A stretch of 64,000 bases of DNA, from contig OZ241863.1 of assembly GCA_965203055.1 (NCBI GenBank), positions 2,816,001-2,880,000 of the forward strand, given 5' to 3'. This DNA is from Spirochaetia bacterium (GTDB taxonomy: Bacteria; Spirochaetota; Spirochaetia; SZUA-6; Bin103). Position 1 is the stretch's first letter. Each line of letters opens with the position of its first letter. A program made the translations under genes and the position numbers. Positions 47,487 to 57,149 of this stretch are shown here, piece by piece. The notes under the pieces are model-generated. The model did not search any database. It was given only the letters and a program-made list of their open reading frames with translations, and was not told where the DNA came from.

Positions 47487-49088
47487 TCAGTAGGGAGGCG
47501 GCAGCTCCCCGACCGGGACTTCGATGAGGGCGGGCGCGTCGCCGGCGACGGCGCGCGCCAGCGCCGCTTCCAGGCCCGCGGGGTCGGCCACCCGTTCCCC
47601 CCGCACCCCGTAGGCGTCGGCCAGCTTCATGAAGTCGGGGTTGTGCAGCTCGGACCCGTATACGCGCCCGCCGAAGCGATTCCGCTGATCGCGCAGGACG
47701 TTGCCGTAGGCGTTGTCGTTGAACACGATCACCACCGCGTTGATGCCGTACTTGACCGCGGTCGCCAGCTCCTGCGAGTTGTACAGAAAGCCGCCGTCGC
47801 CCGAGATCGCCACCACCGCCCGGTCGGGCCGGGCCACCTTGGCGCCGAGCGCGGTCGGGTAGCCGTAGCCCAGCGTGCCGAAGTAGGAGGGTGTGATGAA
47901 CGAGCGCGGCGCGTATATCGGGCAGTGGGCGCGGCTGTAGTACCCGAGCTGGGTGAAGTCCTGGACGATGATGCCGTCGTCGGGCGTGCCGGCCCGGATC
48001 GCGCGCATGAACGAGCGCAGCGGCTCCGGCTCCGAGGCGGCGGCGAAGCGTTCCGCGTAGAGCGTCTCCAGCTCCCGCCTGCGGCTCGGCCGCGGCGGCG
48101 TCATCTCGGCCAGCCGCCGCTGCAGCGCGGCCAGCGTGGCGCGGGCGTCGCCGGCCATGGCGGCGGTGCGCGCATGGTTGCGCCCGATTTCCTGCGGGTC
48201 GATGTCGAGCTGCAGCACCTGTTGTTCGGCGCGCGGACCGGGCGGCGCCGCCAGCCGGGTGCCGACGGCAAAGATCAAGTCGTGTTCGGCGTGCCGTTCG
48301 CGGTAGGGATCGCGCCCGAAGCTGATCGGGCCGAGCGACAGGTAATGGCGGTCGGAGACCGCGCCGCGGCCCTCGCCGGTGGCGAACACGGGCGCCTGCA
48401 GATGCTCCGCCACCTGCAACAACGCGTCGTGGGCGTCGGCCAGATGCACGCCGCCGCCGGCCCAGATCGCCGGGTTGGCGGCGTTGGCGAGCAACTCCGC
48501 GCCGCGCTCGATCTCGGCCGCGGCCGCGGCCGGGCGCCGGCAGGCGGCGGGCTCGACGAGCTCCACCTCCGCGGCCGCGGCCAGGGTGTCCGGCGGAATC
48601 TCCAGTTCGACCGGCCGCGGGCGGCCCGACTGCAACTGGCGGAACGCCTCGTTGACGCTGCCCGGCACCTCCTGCGGCGCCAGGATGCGGCGGCCCCACT
48701 TGATCACCGGGCGGATGGTGTCGAGCTGATCGTTGATCTCGTGCAGGGCGCCGCGGTCGCGCCCGATCAGCGCCTGCTCCACCTGCCCGGCGATGACCAG
48801 GATCGGCGACGACGCGGAGTAGGCGGTGCCGATGCCGGCGGAGGCGTTCTGCAGCCCCGGTCCCGGTACGACGAGGGCGGTGCCGATGCCGCCGCCGGCG
48901 CGCGAGTAGCCGTCGGCCATGTAGGTGGTGGCCTGCTCGTGGCGGGTGGTGATGAAGCGGATCCCCGGCTGCTCGTGAAGCCCGTCGAGCAGGTGGTAGA
49001 GCTGCACGCCGGGCAGACCGAAGATCACCCGCACGCCTTCCCGATAGAGCTGCCGGGCGAGCGCCTGGCCGCCGGTCATCCTGGGCAT
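47487..49088 (-). CDS. Thiamine pyrophosphate-dependent enzyme (acetolactate synthase-like family)
   Basis: IFGLPG, RHEQ, GPGLQN, TPP motif GDGGFLY...FNDNAYG. RBS AAGGAG. Confidence 0.92.
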   Translation of the reverse strand: MPRMTGGQALARQLYREGVRVIFGLPGVQLYHLLDGLHEQPGIRFITTRHEQATTYMADGYSRAGGGIGTALVVPGPGLQNASAGIGTAYSASSPILVIAGQVEQALIGRDRGALHEINDQLDTIRPVIKWGRRILAPQEVPGSVNEAFRQLQSGRPRPVELEIPPDTLAAAAEVELVEPAACRRPAAAAAEIERGAELLANAANPAIWAGGGVHLADAHDALLQVAEHLQAPVFATGEGRGAVSDRHYLSLGPISFGRDPYRERHAEHDLIFAVGTRLAAPPGPRAEQQVLQLDIDPQEIGRNHARTAAMAGDARATLAALQRRLAEMTPPRPSRRRELETLYAERFAAASEPEPLRSFMRAIRAGTPDDGIIVQDFTQLGYYSRAHCPIYAPRSFITPSYFGTLGYGYPTALGAKVARPDRAVVAISGDGGFLYNSQELATAVKYGINAVVIVFNDNAYGNVLRDQRNRFGGRVYGSELHNPDFMKLADAYGVRGERVADPAGLEAALARAVAGDAPALIEVPVGELPPPY

Positions 49089-49224
49089 TTGTCCATATTC
49101 TCCTTGCCTCATTGTCGCCGCCCCGGCCTCGGAGCGCAAGCTACCCTCGGCCGGCCGGCTCGGCCGACCTCGGCCGGCGCGGCGCTATAGGTCTCAGGTA
49201 CCGCGTCGTGTCATACTCGTGCGG

Positions 49225-50025
49225 ATGAAGACTATCCTGGTAACCGGCAGCACCGACGGCATTGGCCGCGCCACCGCCCAGGCGCTGGCCGAGCGCGGCT
49301 GCGCGGTGCTCGTGCACGGCCGCAACCGGACGCGAGCGGAAGCCGCGGCGCGCGCGATCACCGGCGCTACCGGCAACCGGCAGGTGACGGCGGTGGCGGC
49401 CGACTTCGCGGCGCTGGCCGAAGTGCGGGCGCTGGCGCAGCAGGTCCTGCGCATCTGCCCGCGGCTCGACGTGCTGATCAACAACGCCGGCATCGCGGTC
49501 CGGCGCCGCCGCCTGTCGGCCGACGGCTACGAGAGTACGTTCGCCGTGAATCACCTCGCGCCCTTCCTGCTGACCAACCTGTTGCTCGACCGGCTGCGCG
49601 CAAGCGCGCCCGCGCGCATCGTCAACGTGAGCTCCGGCGTGCACGGCAGCGGGCGCATCAACTTCGACGACCTGCAGATGGAGCGCGGCTTCGACGGCTG
49701 GGAGGCGTACTGCAACTCCAAGCTCGCCAACGCCCTGTTCACCTGCGAGCTGGCGCGCCGCCTGGATGCCGGCGAGGTCACCGCCAACTTCCTGCATCCC
49801 GGCGTGATCGACACCAAGCTGCTGCACGTGAACTTCGGCGGCGGCAGCCCGGTGACCGAGGGCGCCAGCACCCCGCTGCACCTCGCGCTGGCCCCGGACC
49901 TGGAGGGTGTCAGCGGGGCGTACTACGTCAACCGGCGGCCGGCGCGAGCTTCCGCCGCGGCCGGTGACCGGCGCCTGGCCGCCGAACTGTGGCGCGTCAG
50001 CTCCGCCCTTACCGGTCTGGCGTAG
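49225..50025 (+). CDS. SDR family oxidoreductase (retinol dehydrogenase-like)
   Basis: TGSTDGIG, NNAG, VNHLAPF, YCNSK, HPG. Confidence 0.92.
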   Translation: MKTILVTGSTDGIGRATAQALAERGCAVLVHGRNRTRAEAAARAITGATGNRQVTAVAADFAALAEVRALAQQVLRICPRLDVLINNAGIAVRRRRLSADGYESTFAVNHLAPFLLTNLLLDRLRASAPARIVNVSSGVHGSGRINFDDLQMERGFDGWEAYCNSKLANALFTCELARRLDAGEVTANFLHPGVIDTKLLHVNFGGGSPVTEGASTPLHLALAPDLEGVSGAYYVNRRPARASAAAGDRRLAAELWRVSSALTGLA

Positions 50026-50044
50026 CGTCTTCGGCGGAGCGCGG

Positions 50045-50434
50045 ATGAGCGACTGGCTGCGCGACGGCGCGTTGGTCGGGGCCGGCGGGTTCTTCGGGGC
50101 GGCAGGCCGGTTTCTCGTTACCGGATGGCTCCGCGCCCATGCCGAACACTTCCCCTACGGCACCCTGACGGTGAACGTGATCGGCTCGTTGGCGCTGGGG
50201 TTCCTGGTGACCGCGCTCGCCGACCGGGTGTTCGCCGGCAGCCCGTTCCGGCTGCTGGCGCTGGTGGGCTTCCTGGGCGCATTCACCACCTTCTCGGCGT
50301 TCAGCTACGAGACGGTGCTGCTATGGGAAGCGGGCCGCTGGCCGGCGCTGGCCGCCAACCTCGCGCTGAACGTCGGCGGCTGCCTGCTGGCAACCGCGGC
50401 CGGGATGCTCGCCGCCCGCGGCGTAGCGGCCTAG
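50045..50434 (+). CDS. crcB: Fluoride efflux channel FluC/CrcB
   Basis: GGFFGAAGRF, FPYGTLTVNVIGS, GFLGAFTTFSAF. Confidence 0.93.
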   Translation: MSDWLRDGALVGAGGFFGAAGRFLVTGWLRAHAEHFPYGTLTVNVIGSLALGFLVTALADRVFAGSPFRLLALVGFLGAFTTFSAFSYETVLLWEAGRWPALAANLALNVGGCLLATAAGMLAARGVAA

Positions 50435-50649
50435 GCAAGGGAAGTCTTGAGCAGCTTGTCGATCAACACGAAGGCCAGGGCGGCCTGTTCGTTGCGGGTC
50501 AGGTCGCGCTCGATGGCGGCCAGCGCCGCGTCGATCCGGGGCGCGGCGGCAGGATCCTGCCGGGCGAGGCGAAAGGCGGCCGCGAGCTGAGCCTGGTTGA
50601 TGCAGTAGACCGACTCGCCGCCGGTGATGTCGACCGCCTGGACGGCCAC
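50431..50649 (-). CDS. Small hypothetical protein
   Basis: 72-aa ORF starting 4 nt after the HesB gene stop, with GC3-rich codons. Confidence 0.55.
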   Translation of the reverse strand: MAVQAVDITGGESVYCINQAQLAAAFRLARQDPAAAPRIDAALAAIERDLTRNEQAALAFVLIDKLLKTSLA

Positions 50650-50653
50650 CGTA

Positions 50654-50998
50654 TCAGACCGCGAAGCTGGCGCCGCAGCCGCACGCCTTGCCGGCGTTGG
50701 GGTTGCGGAACCGGAAGCCAAGGTTGATCAGATCGTCCGAGTAATCGATCTCCAGCCCGTCGACGTGCCGGGCGCTGCTGCGGTCGGCCACGATGCGCAC
50801 CGGGCCGGCGGTGAACAGCCGGCGGTCGAACGGGGTCTCGGTGGTATCGACCGAGGCCTCGTAGGTCATCCCGGCGCAGCCGCCCTCGGTGACCCAGATG
50901 CGGAGGAACTGGCCGCCGCCGCCGGTGAGGCGGGCGATCTCGGCGCTGGCGCGCTCGCTGACGTTGATCAGCGGCGCGGTGGTGATCGTTTCCTGCAC
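50654..50998 (-). CDS. HesB/IscA family Fe-S cluster assembly accessory protein
   Basis: GGCAGMTY, IDY, FRNPNA..CGCGASF. Confidence 0.92.
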   Translation of the reverse strand: MQETITTAPLINVSERASAEIARLTGGGGQFLRIWVTEGGCAGMTYEASVDTTETPFDRRLFTAGPVRIVADRSSARHVDGLEIDYSDDLINLGFRFRNPNAGKACGCGASFAV

Positions 50999-51077
50999 GC
51001 GCGAATCTCCTCGCTCCAAGCTACTGCCGCGCGCGCCGCCTGTCAAAGGGCGGTCGGCGGCGGTCCGGCGGGGGCGG

Positions 51078-52211
51078 CTACCGGAAGCGGCGAAGGTAGG
51101 CGCCGAGCAGCGGGTCGGCCACTCGATAGTGGTCCGGCAACCGCTCGATCACTCCCCGGTCGCACAGCCGCTTCACCGACAGCGCCACCGTCCGGCTGGA
51201 CAGGCGCACGCCGGCGAGGAAGCTCTTGGACTGCGGATGCTCGACGCTGCCGCGGCGGGCGATCTCGGTCAGCACGCTCTCGTCGGTGCCCGAGAACGCC
51301 GTCAGATAGGACGCGTAGCGGCCTTCGCGGTTCTCGAGCAGCGCCACCAGGGCCGCCCGGACCTTGGGGTAGTCGATCTCCGCCGCCTCATGCGACTCCA
51401 GGAGCTGGGCGCCCAGCCGGTTGATCGCTTCCGGTACGCGCTGCACGTCGTCCTGCAGGCGCGCCGCCACTTCCGGCGAGATCGTCAGCCGCCGCGGACT
51501 GAACCGCTCCTCCAGGTAGGCATGGTACTCGCCGTAGGGAATCGACTTGAACTCCAGCTCGCTCCCCCATTCACTCAGCGGAGCGCCCGGCGCGGCGAAC
51601 AGGTCCGTCAGCATGTGACGTTTGGAACCGAGCAGCAGCACCGGCACCGCCCCCAGCGCTTCCAGGCAGGCGCGCAACTGCGCCGGCGCTTCGGGGACCA
51701 GCGCGACGTCCTGGAACTCGTCCAGCACGATGAGCGAGTCGACCTCCTCGGCGATGCGGACAACGTGTTCCCACAGCGCCTCCAGGCCGGGGCCGGCTTC
51801 CCGGCCGCGGGAGTGGAGCGACAGACTCGGATTGCCGGTCTGCGGGTCCAGCGAAATCTCCGGCCGCAGCGCGGCCAGGAACCGCCCGACGTTCTCCATA
51901 AAGCCCTTGGCCGGAAATGAAGCGGCGAAGCTCCGCTGCAGACCGGTGGCCAGCCGCCGGGTCAACGACTGCATTGAACGGACGCCCATGAGGTCCGCAA
52001 ACAGGACGAAGTGACGCTTGCGCGCGCGCCGGAACTCCTCGATGGTGACGTTGCGGACGACCGATGTCTTCCCGTAGTTGCGCGGACCGTAGACTACCAC
52101 GCGACGTCCATGCTCCACCGCGGCCCGGAGCGCGCGCTGCTCGCGCCGGAGGTTGCAGATGTTGTCGGCGTCAACGAGGCGGTCGAATACGAACTGCTTC
52201 ATGGTCTGCAT
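51078..52211 (-). CDS. P-loop ATPase (archaeal-ATPase-like) with C-terminal winged helix
   Basis: GPRNYGKT, LDEFQD, GSKRHML, C-terminal LCDRGVIE...YRVADPLL. Confidence 0.85.
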   Translation of the reverse strand: MQTMKQFVFDRLVDADNICNLRREQRALRAAVEHGRRVVVYGPRNYGKTSVVRNVTIEEFRRARKRHFVLFADLMGVRSMQSLTRRLATGLQRSFAASFPAKGFMENVGRFLAALRPEISLDPQTGNPSLSLHSRGREAGPGLEALWEHVVRIAEEVDSLIVLDEFQDVALVPEAPAQLRACLEALGAVPVLLLGSKRHMLTDLFAAPGAPLSEWGSELEFKSIPYGEYHAYLEERFSPRRLTISPEVAARLQDDVQRVPEAINRLGAQLLESHEAAEIDYPKVRAALVALLENREGRYASYLTAFSGTDESVLTEIARRGSVEHPQSKSFLAGVRLSSRTVALSVKRLCDRGVIERLPDHYRVADPLLGAYLRRFR

Positions 52212-52214
52212 GGC

Positions 52215-52233
52215 ATGATAAGAAAAGTATCAT
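52215..52233. promoter_or_regulatory. Palindromic operator-like site upstream of the ATPase-wHTH gene
   Basis: ATGATA-AGAAAAG-TATCAT, overlapping a minus-strand TATGAT -10-like hexamer. Confidence 0.45.
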
Positions 52234-52312
52234 ACCAGCGGTACCGCAGTCAGGTCGAACCAGACGTCCGGCTGCGGATCACTGGCGGGGCGCGGTCTGC
52301 TGAGTCACGGGG

Positions 52313-52648
52313 CTATGGGCGATTTCGCTCATTCGAGGAGCGTTCCTTCAACGTTGTGTCGATGCGCTCTACGATAACGCGCAGGTCGCCTACTTCCTTG
52401 CTCAAGGCGTCGACCTTGCCGTCTACGGCTTTGATGTTCTCGCTAATCCTCAAATGAGCCTTCTCTGCTTCGGAGGAAAGCTCCTTGCGGGTCTCGTCGA
52501 TCTTCTCGCGGGTCGCTTTGTCTGCGGCGCCGATCTTCTCGCTCAACGTCCAGGCGGCTTTGGGAAGCACAAGAATGATAGTAAGGATGATTCCGCAAGC
52601 GGAAACCACCACGGCGGCTGCGCCTACCAAAAACTGCCACGTCTCCAT
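52313..52648 (-). CDS. Small TM-anchored coiled-coil protein (lower GC)
   Basis: METWQFLVGAAAVVVSACGIILTIILVLP TM, then heptad-rich IDETRKEL...VDGKVDALSKEVGDL. RBS AGGAGG. Confidence 0.65.
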   Translation of the reverse strand: METWQFLVGAAAVVVSACGIILTIILVLPKAAWTLSEKIGAADKATREKIDETRKELSSEAEKAHLRISENIKAVDGKVDALSKEVGDLRVIVERIDTTLKERSSNERNRP

Positions 52649-52761
52649 TCGGGGCATCCCTCCTGCCGGGGGAGACGAACATACTACGGCAACAGGAACG
52701 TCAACAACAGGGTTGCCGCCGAGAGCGTCACATTCCCCACGTGGTGCCGGGGCGCCGCGTG

Positions 52762-53045
52762 CTACCACTGCCTGCAGTTGTCGTACGGGTTGCGGCGCAG
52801 CGCGTCGGTCAGGCCGGCGAGCAGGCCGAACGGCCCGGCGAAGGTGTCGTCGACGAAGGGGTGGACTGGTCGAGCAGGTCCATGATCCCGGCGCCGGACA
52901 TGCCCACCACTTCGCGGTAGTCGAGCAGGTCGTCGATATCGACCTTGCCGATGCCGCGCAGGTCGGTGTAGGCGAAGCTCGGTTCGGGCGCGGCGGCGCC
53001 GCGTGCCGGCGGCGGATGTTCGACGAGCGCGGCTGATGTTGCCAC
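52762..53045 (-). pseudogene. Frameshifted or truncated remnant of an unknown gene
   Basis: GTG 53045 after AAGGA. Good codon bias (FAYTDLRGIGKVDIDDLLDY) switches frame near 52858 and continues FVDDTFAGPFGLLAGLTDALRRNPYD to TAG. Confidence 0.45.
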
Positions 53046-53205
53046 GGCGGCTTTCCTTGGGGTACCGGAAGGTGTACCGGAAGCTGCACCAATACTACAA
53101 TACTGCCGGAGGAGTCGGGCTTGGCGTTCGGGCGGCGTGCCGCCGGGCGCCCGTCGGCTGCTGAGCGTGGCGCGCCAAGCGGCAGGAGGAATCAGGTGGC
53201 GGCAC

Positions 53206-53673
53206 ATGGAACCTAGTTCTCGAACCGGCGGCAGCGCGCTCGAGGTAGCGGAGGTGGTGCCGTTTCTGGCCGTCGCCGACCTGCGCGCATCGCTGGCGTT
53301 CTACGTGGACGGCCTGGGCTTCGCCATGGAGAACCAGTGGATCGACGCCGGCGTGCTGCGCTGGTGTCAACTGCGCCTCGGTTCGGCGGCGGTGATGTTG
53401 CAGCAGTTCCGCACTAGCGGACCCGACGCGCGCAGCTTCGGCCCCCGCAAGGGCGAGGGGGTGGCGTTGTGTTTCTTCTGCAGCGATGCCGTGGCCTTCT
53501 ACCGCAGCGTGCGCCGGCGCGGCATCGCCGCCTCGGAACCGCAGGTCGGCAATCGGCTGTGGGTGACCGAGATGACGGACCCCGACGGGTATCAGGTGCT
53601 GTTCGAGAGCCCCACCGACCTGCCCGAGGAAACCAGGTTGTCGGAGCTTCCCGCAGCGGACGGCGCGCCGTGA
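53206..53673 (+). CDS. VOC/glyoxalase family protein
   Basis: VPFLAVADLRASLAFYVDGLGF, TDPDGYQVLF. Confidence 0.88.
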   Translation: MEPSSRTGGSALEVAEVVPFLAVADLRASLAFYVDGLGFAMENQWIDAGVLRWCQLRLGSAAVMLQQFRTSGPDARSFGPRKGEGVALCFFCSDAVAFYRSVRRRGIAASEPQVGNRLWVTEMTDPDGYQVLFESPTDLPEETRLSELPAADGAP

Positions 53674-54317
53674 GCATGACCGCGACCGCTCCCGGCCGAT
53701 TGAATTCGGTGCGGCCCGAAGATCGCGCCATTCATGAGTGGTATCGGTTCGTGTTGTCGTTTCCGCCGCATCTGGTTCAGGATTATCTGGACCGGTTCGG
53801 AATTGGTCCCGGCATGACGGTCCTGGACCCGTTCGCGGGAACCGGCACCACGCTGGTCGAATGCAAGAAACGATCCATCGCGAGTTTCGGCATCGAATCC
53901 AATCCGATGGCGCAGTTCGCCAGCGCCGTGAAGCTCGACTGGTCGGTCGATCCGGCCGCCTTGGCGGACTACGCCGCCGGCGTGAGCGCCGAGGCGCGGG
54001 GGAACCTGGCCCGGGACGGCTATTCCGATTGGGGCGGGCTGCCGCTGTTTGCGGCGCATGAGGCGGGGCGCGCCGAATTGCGCGCCCTTGCGCCGGCGCA
54101 GCGCAAGCTGCTGTTGAAGGATTCGATCAGTCCCCTGCCGCTGCACAAGACCTTGGTGTTGCTCGACGCGATCACGGCGCGCGGCGATTACCGGCAGCGG
54201 CGCTGCGGGCGCCTCGCGCTGGCCAGCGCACTGGTACGGACCATCGGCAACCTGAAATTCGGTCCCGAAGTAGGGGTCGGAAAGATCAAGCAGGATGCTC
54301 CCGTAGTAGCCGCCTGA
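53670..54317 (+). pseudogene. Type II amino-DNA methyltransferase, 3'-truncated
   Basis: HEWYRFVLSFPPHLV and SAM motif VLDPFAGTGTT. Ends abruptly at KQDAPVVAA-TGA with no SPPY/DPPY catalytic motif. Confidence 0.78.
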
Positions 54318-54946
54318 CGCTTCCGTCCAGCATACTGGCCACCGCTCCGGCAGGAAAAACCTGGATCATCAGATCCGCCGGGCGCAGCAGGTATCGATTC
54401 GTAATGGTTGCCGATGAACCATTGACGCCGAATCCGAATCTTGTAGTTACGAAGGTGCCGGATGCGACACCCGGTATCATTGCCAAGTATGCTTTCAGCG
54501 ACGAACAAGCAGTACTGGCGCTCGCGCGGTACAACCGACTCATCGACATCTTTCTCGGTATATCCTGCTACTCACTTCAGAATCATCTGAGAACGACGGT
54601 GCGCGGACTGGGCCAAGTGGAAACCGATGAGATCTACGTCGGTTTGGATCGGAGCGGAGCCCACTACGTTGTTCCGGTACAAGCAAAGGGCGGCAACGAT
54701 CGGCTCAGCCGGATCCAGATCGAGCAGGACATCGCCGTCTGCGCCGAAAAGCTGCCTTCTCTGATATGCCGGCCGGTAGGGCTGCAGTTGATGCGCAAGG
54801 ACCTCATCGCGCTTCTGTCGTTCGAACAGGACGGCGAGGACATCAGAGTGGTTTCGGAAAGGCACTATCAGCTCGCCCCCGCGGACGCGGTGACCGATGA
54901 CGACCTGGTTCGCTATCGAAGGCGCCTCTCGGAAACCGAGGTGTGA
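54317..54946 (+). pseudogene. Type II restriction endonuclease, 5'-truncated
   Basis: The frame is open from the MTase stop (TLPSSILATAPAGKTWIIRSAGRSRYRF) with no proper start. DEQAVLA..RYNRLIDIF, SLQNHLRT, QVETDEIYVG, VPVQAKG (PD-(D/E)XK-like). Sampled GC about 52%. Confidence 0.7.
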
Positions 54947-54990
54947 CGCCCGCTGTTGCAGGAGGTGGGGGCGTGGCGTAGGATGCGGGG

Positions 54991-57135
54991 GTGATGCAGC
55001 TACCACAGGATTATACGGAACGCGTCTATGCGGGCGTGTTGGGCAAGATCATCGGCGTGTACCTGGGGCGTCCGTTCGAGGGCGCCCTGCACGAGTGGAT
55101 CGAGCGCGAGCTGGGCGAGATCACCGGCTACGTGCACGAGCGCCTGAAGCGCCCACTGATCGTCACCGACGACGACATCTCCGGCACCTTCACCTTCATC
55201 CGCGCGCTGGAGGACTTTGCGGCCAGCGCCGACCTCAGCGCCGCCGACATCGGCCGCACCTGGCTCAACTACCTGATCGAAGAGCGCACCGTGCTGTGGT
55301 GGGGCGGCCTGGGCAATTCCACCGAGCACACCGCCTACCTGCGCCTCAAGCAGGGGATCGAGGCGCCGCGCAGCGGCTCCATCGCGGTCAACGGCAAGGT
55401 GGTGGCGGAGCAGATCGGCGCGCAGATCTTCATCGACGGCTGGGCGATGGTCGCGCCCGGCGATCCTGAGCTGGCCGCGGCCCTGGCCGCCAAGGCCGGC
55501 AGCGTGAGCCACGACGGCGAAGCGGTATACGGCGCCCAGGTGGTGGCGGCCATGGAGGCGGCCGCCTTCGAGGAGTCCGACATCGGCGCGCTGCTCGACA
55601 CCGGACTGCGCTTCATCCCCGCGGATTCGGTGATCGCCCGCCTGATCGGCGACCTGCGCGAGTGGCACGCCGCCGACGGCGATTGGCGGCGCAGCTTCGC
55701 GCGGGTGCAGGAGCACTACGGCTACGACCGCTACGGCGGCAACTGCCACATGGTCCCGAACCACGCCATCATCATTCTGGCGCTGCTCTACGGCGGCGGC
55801 GACTTCGCCCACTCGCTGATGATCGCCAACACCTGCGGCTGGGACACCGACTGCAACTCCGGCAACGTCGGCTGCCTGCTGGGGATCCGCAACGGGCTGG
55901 CCGGCATCGACGGCGCGGCCAACGGCGGCGCCGCTGCGGTGGGCCGCTGGCGGGGGCCGGTCGCGGACCGGCTCTATCTGCCGACCGCGGACGGCGGCCG
56001 CTGCATCACCGACGCGCTGCAGCAGACTTACCGTCTGGTCAACGTAGGGCGCCGGCTGCAGGGGCTCGATCCGCTGCAGCCGAAGGGCGGCGCCCGCTAC
56101 CACTTTTCGCTGCCCGGTTCGGTCCAGGGGTTCGAGGCCGAGGGCGCCGGCGGCGCCGAGGGAGCGGTGACCAACGCCGGCGGGCGGCTGGCGCTGCGCT
56201 TCGCCGGGTTGCAGGGAAGCGCTGCGGCGCGCGCCACTGCCGCCACCTTCATTCCGCCCGATGCCGATCAGCTGGGCGGCTACGAGCTGCTGGCTTCGCC
56301 GGCCCTGCACTCGGGTCAACTCGTCCGCGCGCGGGTGGATTTGGACGCCGCGGCGAGCGGCAGCGTGGCCTGCCGCCTGTGCGCCGCGGTGTACGGCGAC
56401 GGCGACGGCCTGGAGACCCGGCGCAGCGAGCCGGTCGCGGTGGCTCCGGGAGCGGGCGCCGAGCTGGCGTGGGAGATGCCCGACACCGACGGCCATCCCA
56501 TCGCCCGCGTGGGCGTGGAGGCGGTAGCGGCCAACGGCGCCGCGGTGGCCGGTACCCTGTATCTGGACTGGCTCACCTGGAGCGGCGCCCCGCGCGCCAA
56601 CCTGGCGCGGCCCGCCAACGTGCCGTCGCTGCCGCCGCGCAAGCGTTACTCCTACCGCCCGTGGTGGGGCCGCGCCTGGGTGAACGCCTGCTCGACCCTG
56701 TGGACCAGGATCGACGAGGAGGCGCTGCGGCTGATTCAGAACGAAGGAGTGGGGCTGGCCTTCCAGGGCAGCGAGAGCTGGACCGATTACCGCGTCACCG
56801 CCACGCTGCGGGTGCACATGGCGCAGGCCGGGGGCATCGCCGCCCGCGCCGGCGGCATGCAGCGCTACTACGCGCTGCTGATCGGCGGCGACGGCGTGGT
56901 TCGCCTGGTGCGCCACGTGAACGAGCGCACCGTGTTGGCGTCGGCGCCGCTGGCCGGCGAGCTGACCGCGTGCCACCGCCTCACCCTGGAGGTCAGCGGT
57001 TCGACCATCAGCGGCGCCGTGGACGACGGGCCGCCGCTCACCGCCACCGACGACGCGCTGCGCGGCGGCGCGGTGGCGCTGGTGGCCGAGGAGGGCCGCG
57101 TCGAGGTCCACGGCGTTACCATCGCCCCGGCCTGA
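54991..57135 (+). CDS. ADP-ribosylglycohydrolase family protein with C-terminal beta-rich extension
   Basis: GKIIGVYLGRPFEG, VTDDD, VSHDG, GWDTDCNSGNVG. Confidence 0.88.
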   Translation: MMQLPQDYTERVYAGVLGKIIGVYLGRPFEGALHEWIERELGEITGYVHERLKRPLIVTDDDISGTFTFIRALEDFAASADLSAADIGRTWLNYLIEERTVLWWGGLGNSTEHTAYLRLKQGIEAPRSGSIAVNGKVVAEQIGAQIFIDGWAMVAPGDPELAAALAAKAGSVSHDGEAVYGAQVVAAMEAAAFEESDIGALLDTGLRFIPADSVIARLIGDLREWHAADGDWRRSFARVQEHYGYDRYGGNCHMVPNHAIIILALLYGGGDFAHSLMIANTCGWDTDCNSGNVGCLLGIRNGLAGIDGAANGGAAAVGRWRGPVADRLYLPTADGGRCITDALQQTYRLVNVGRRLQGLDPLQPKGGARYHFSLPGSVQGFEAEGAGGAEGAVTNAGGRLALRFAGLQGSAAARATAATFIPPDADQLGGYELLASPALHSGQLVRARVDLDAAASGSVACRLCAAVYGDGDGLETRRSEPVAVAPGAGAELAWEMPDTDGHPIARVGVEAVAANGAAVAGTLYLDWLTWSGAPRANLARPANVPSLPPRKRYSYRPWWGRAWVNACSTLWTRIDEEALRLIQNEGVGLAFQGSESWTDYRVTATLRVHMAQAGGIAARAGGMQRYYALLIGGDGVVRLVRHVNERTVLASAPLAGELTACHRLTLEVSGSTISGAVDDGPPLTATDDALRGGAVALVAEEGRVEVHGVTIAPA

Positions 57136-57149
57136 ACCCCGCACGGGCG

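Noticed and set aside
49140..50044. Fluoride riboswitch upstream of crcB or TPP riboswitch near the TPP enzyme
   Set aside because: No sequence matching the conserved cores of either riboswitch was seen.
52313..53092. 259-aa ORF as one gene
   Set aside because: Only the last 111 aa look coding and have an RBS. The upstream part is an off-frame reading of a separate remnant.
53062..53105. Short tandem repeats GTACCGGAAG x2 and CAATACT x2
   Set aside because: Only two copies each in a divergent promoter region. Not enough to call a feature.
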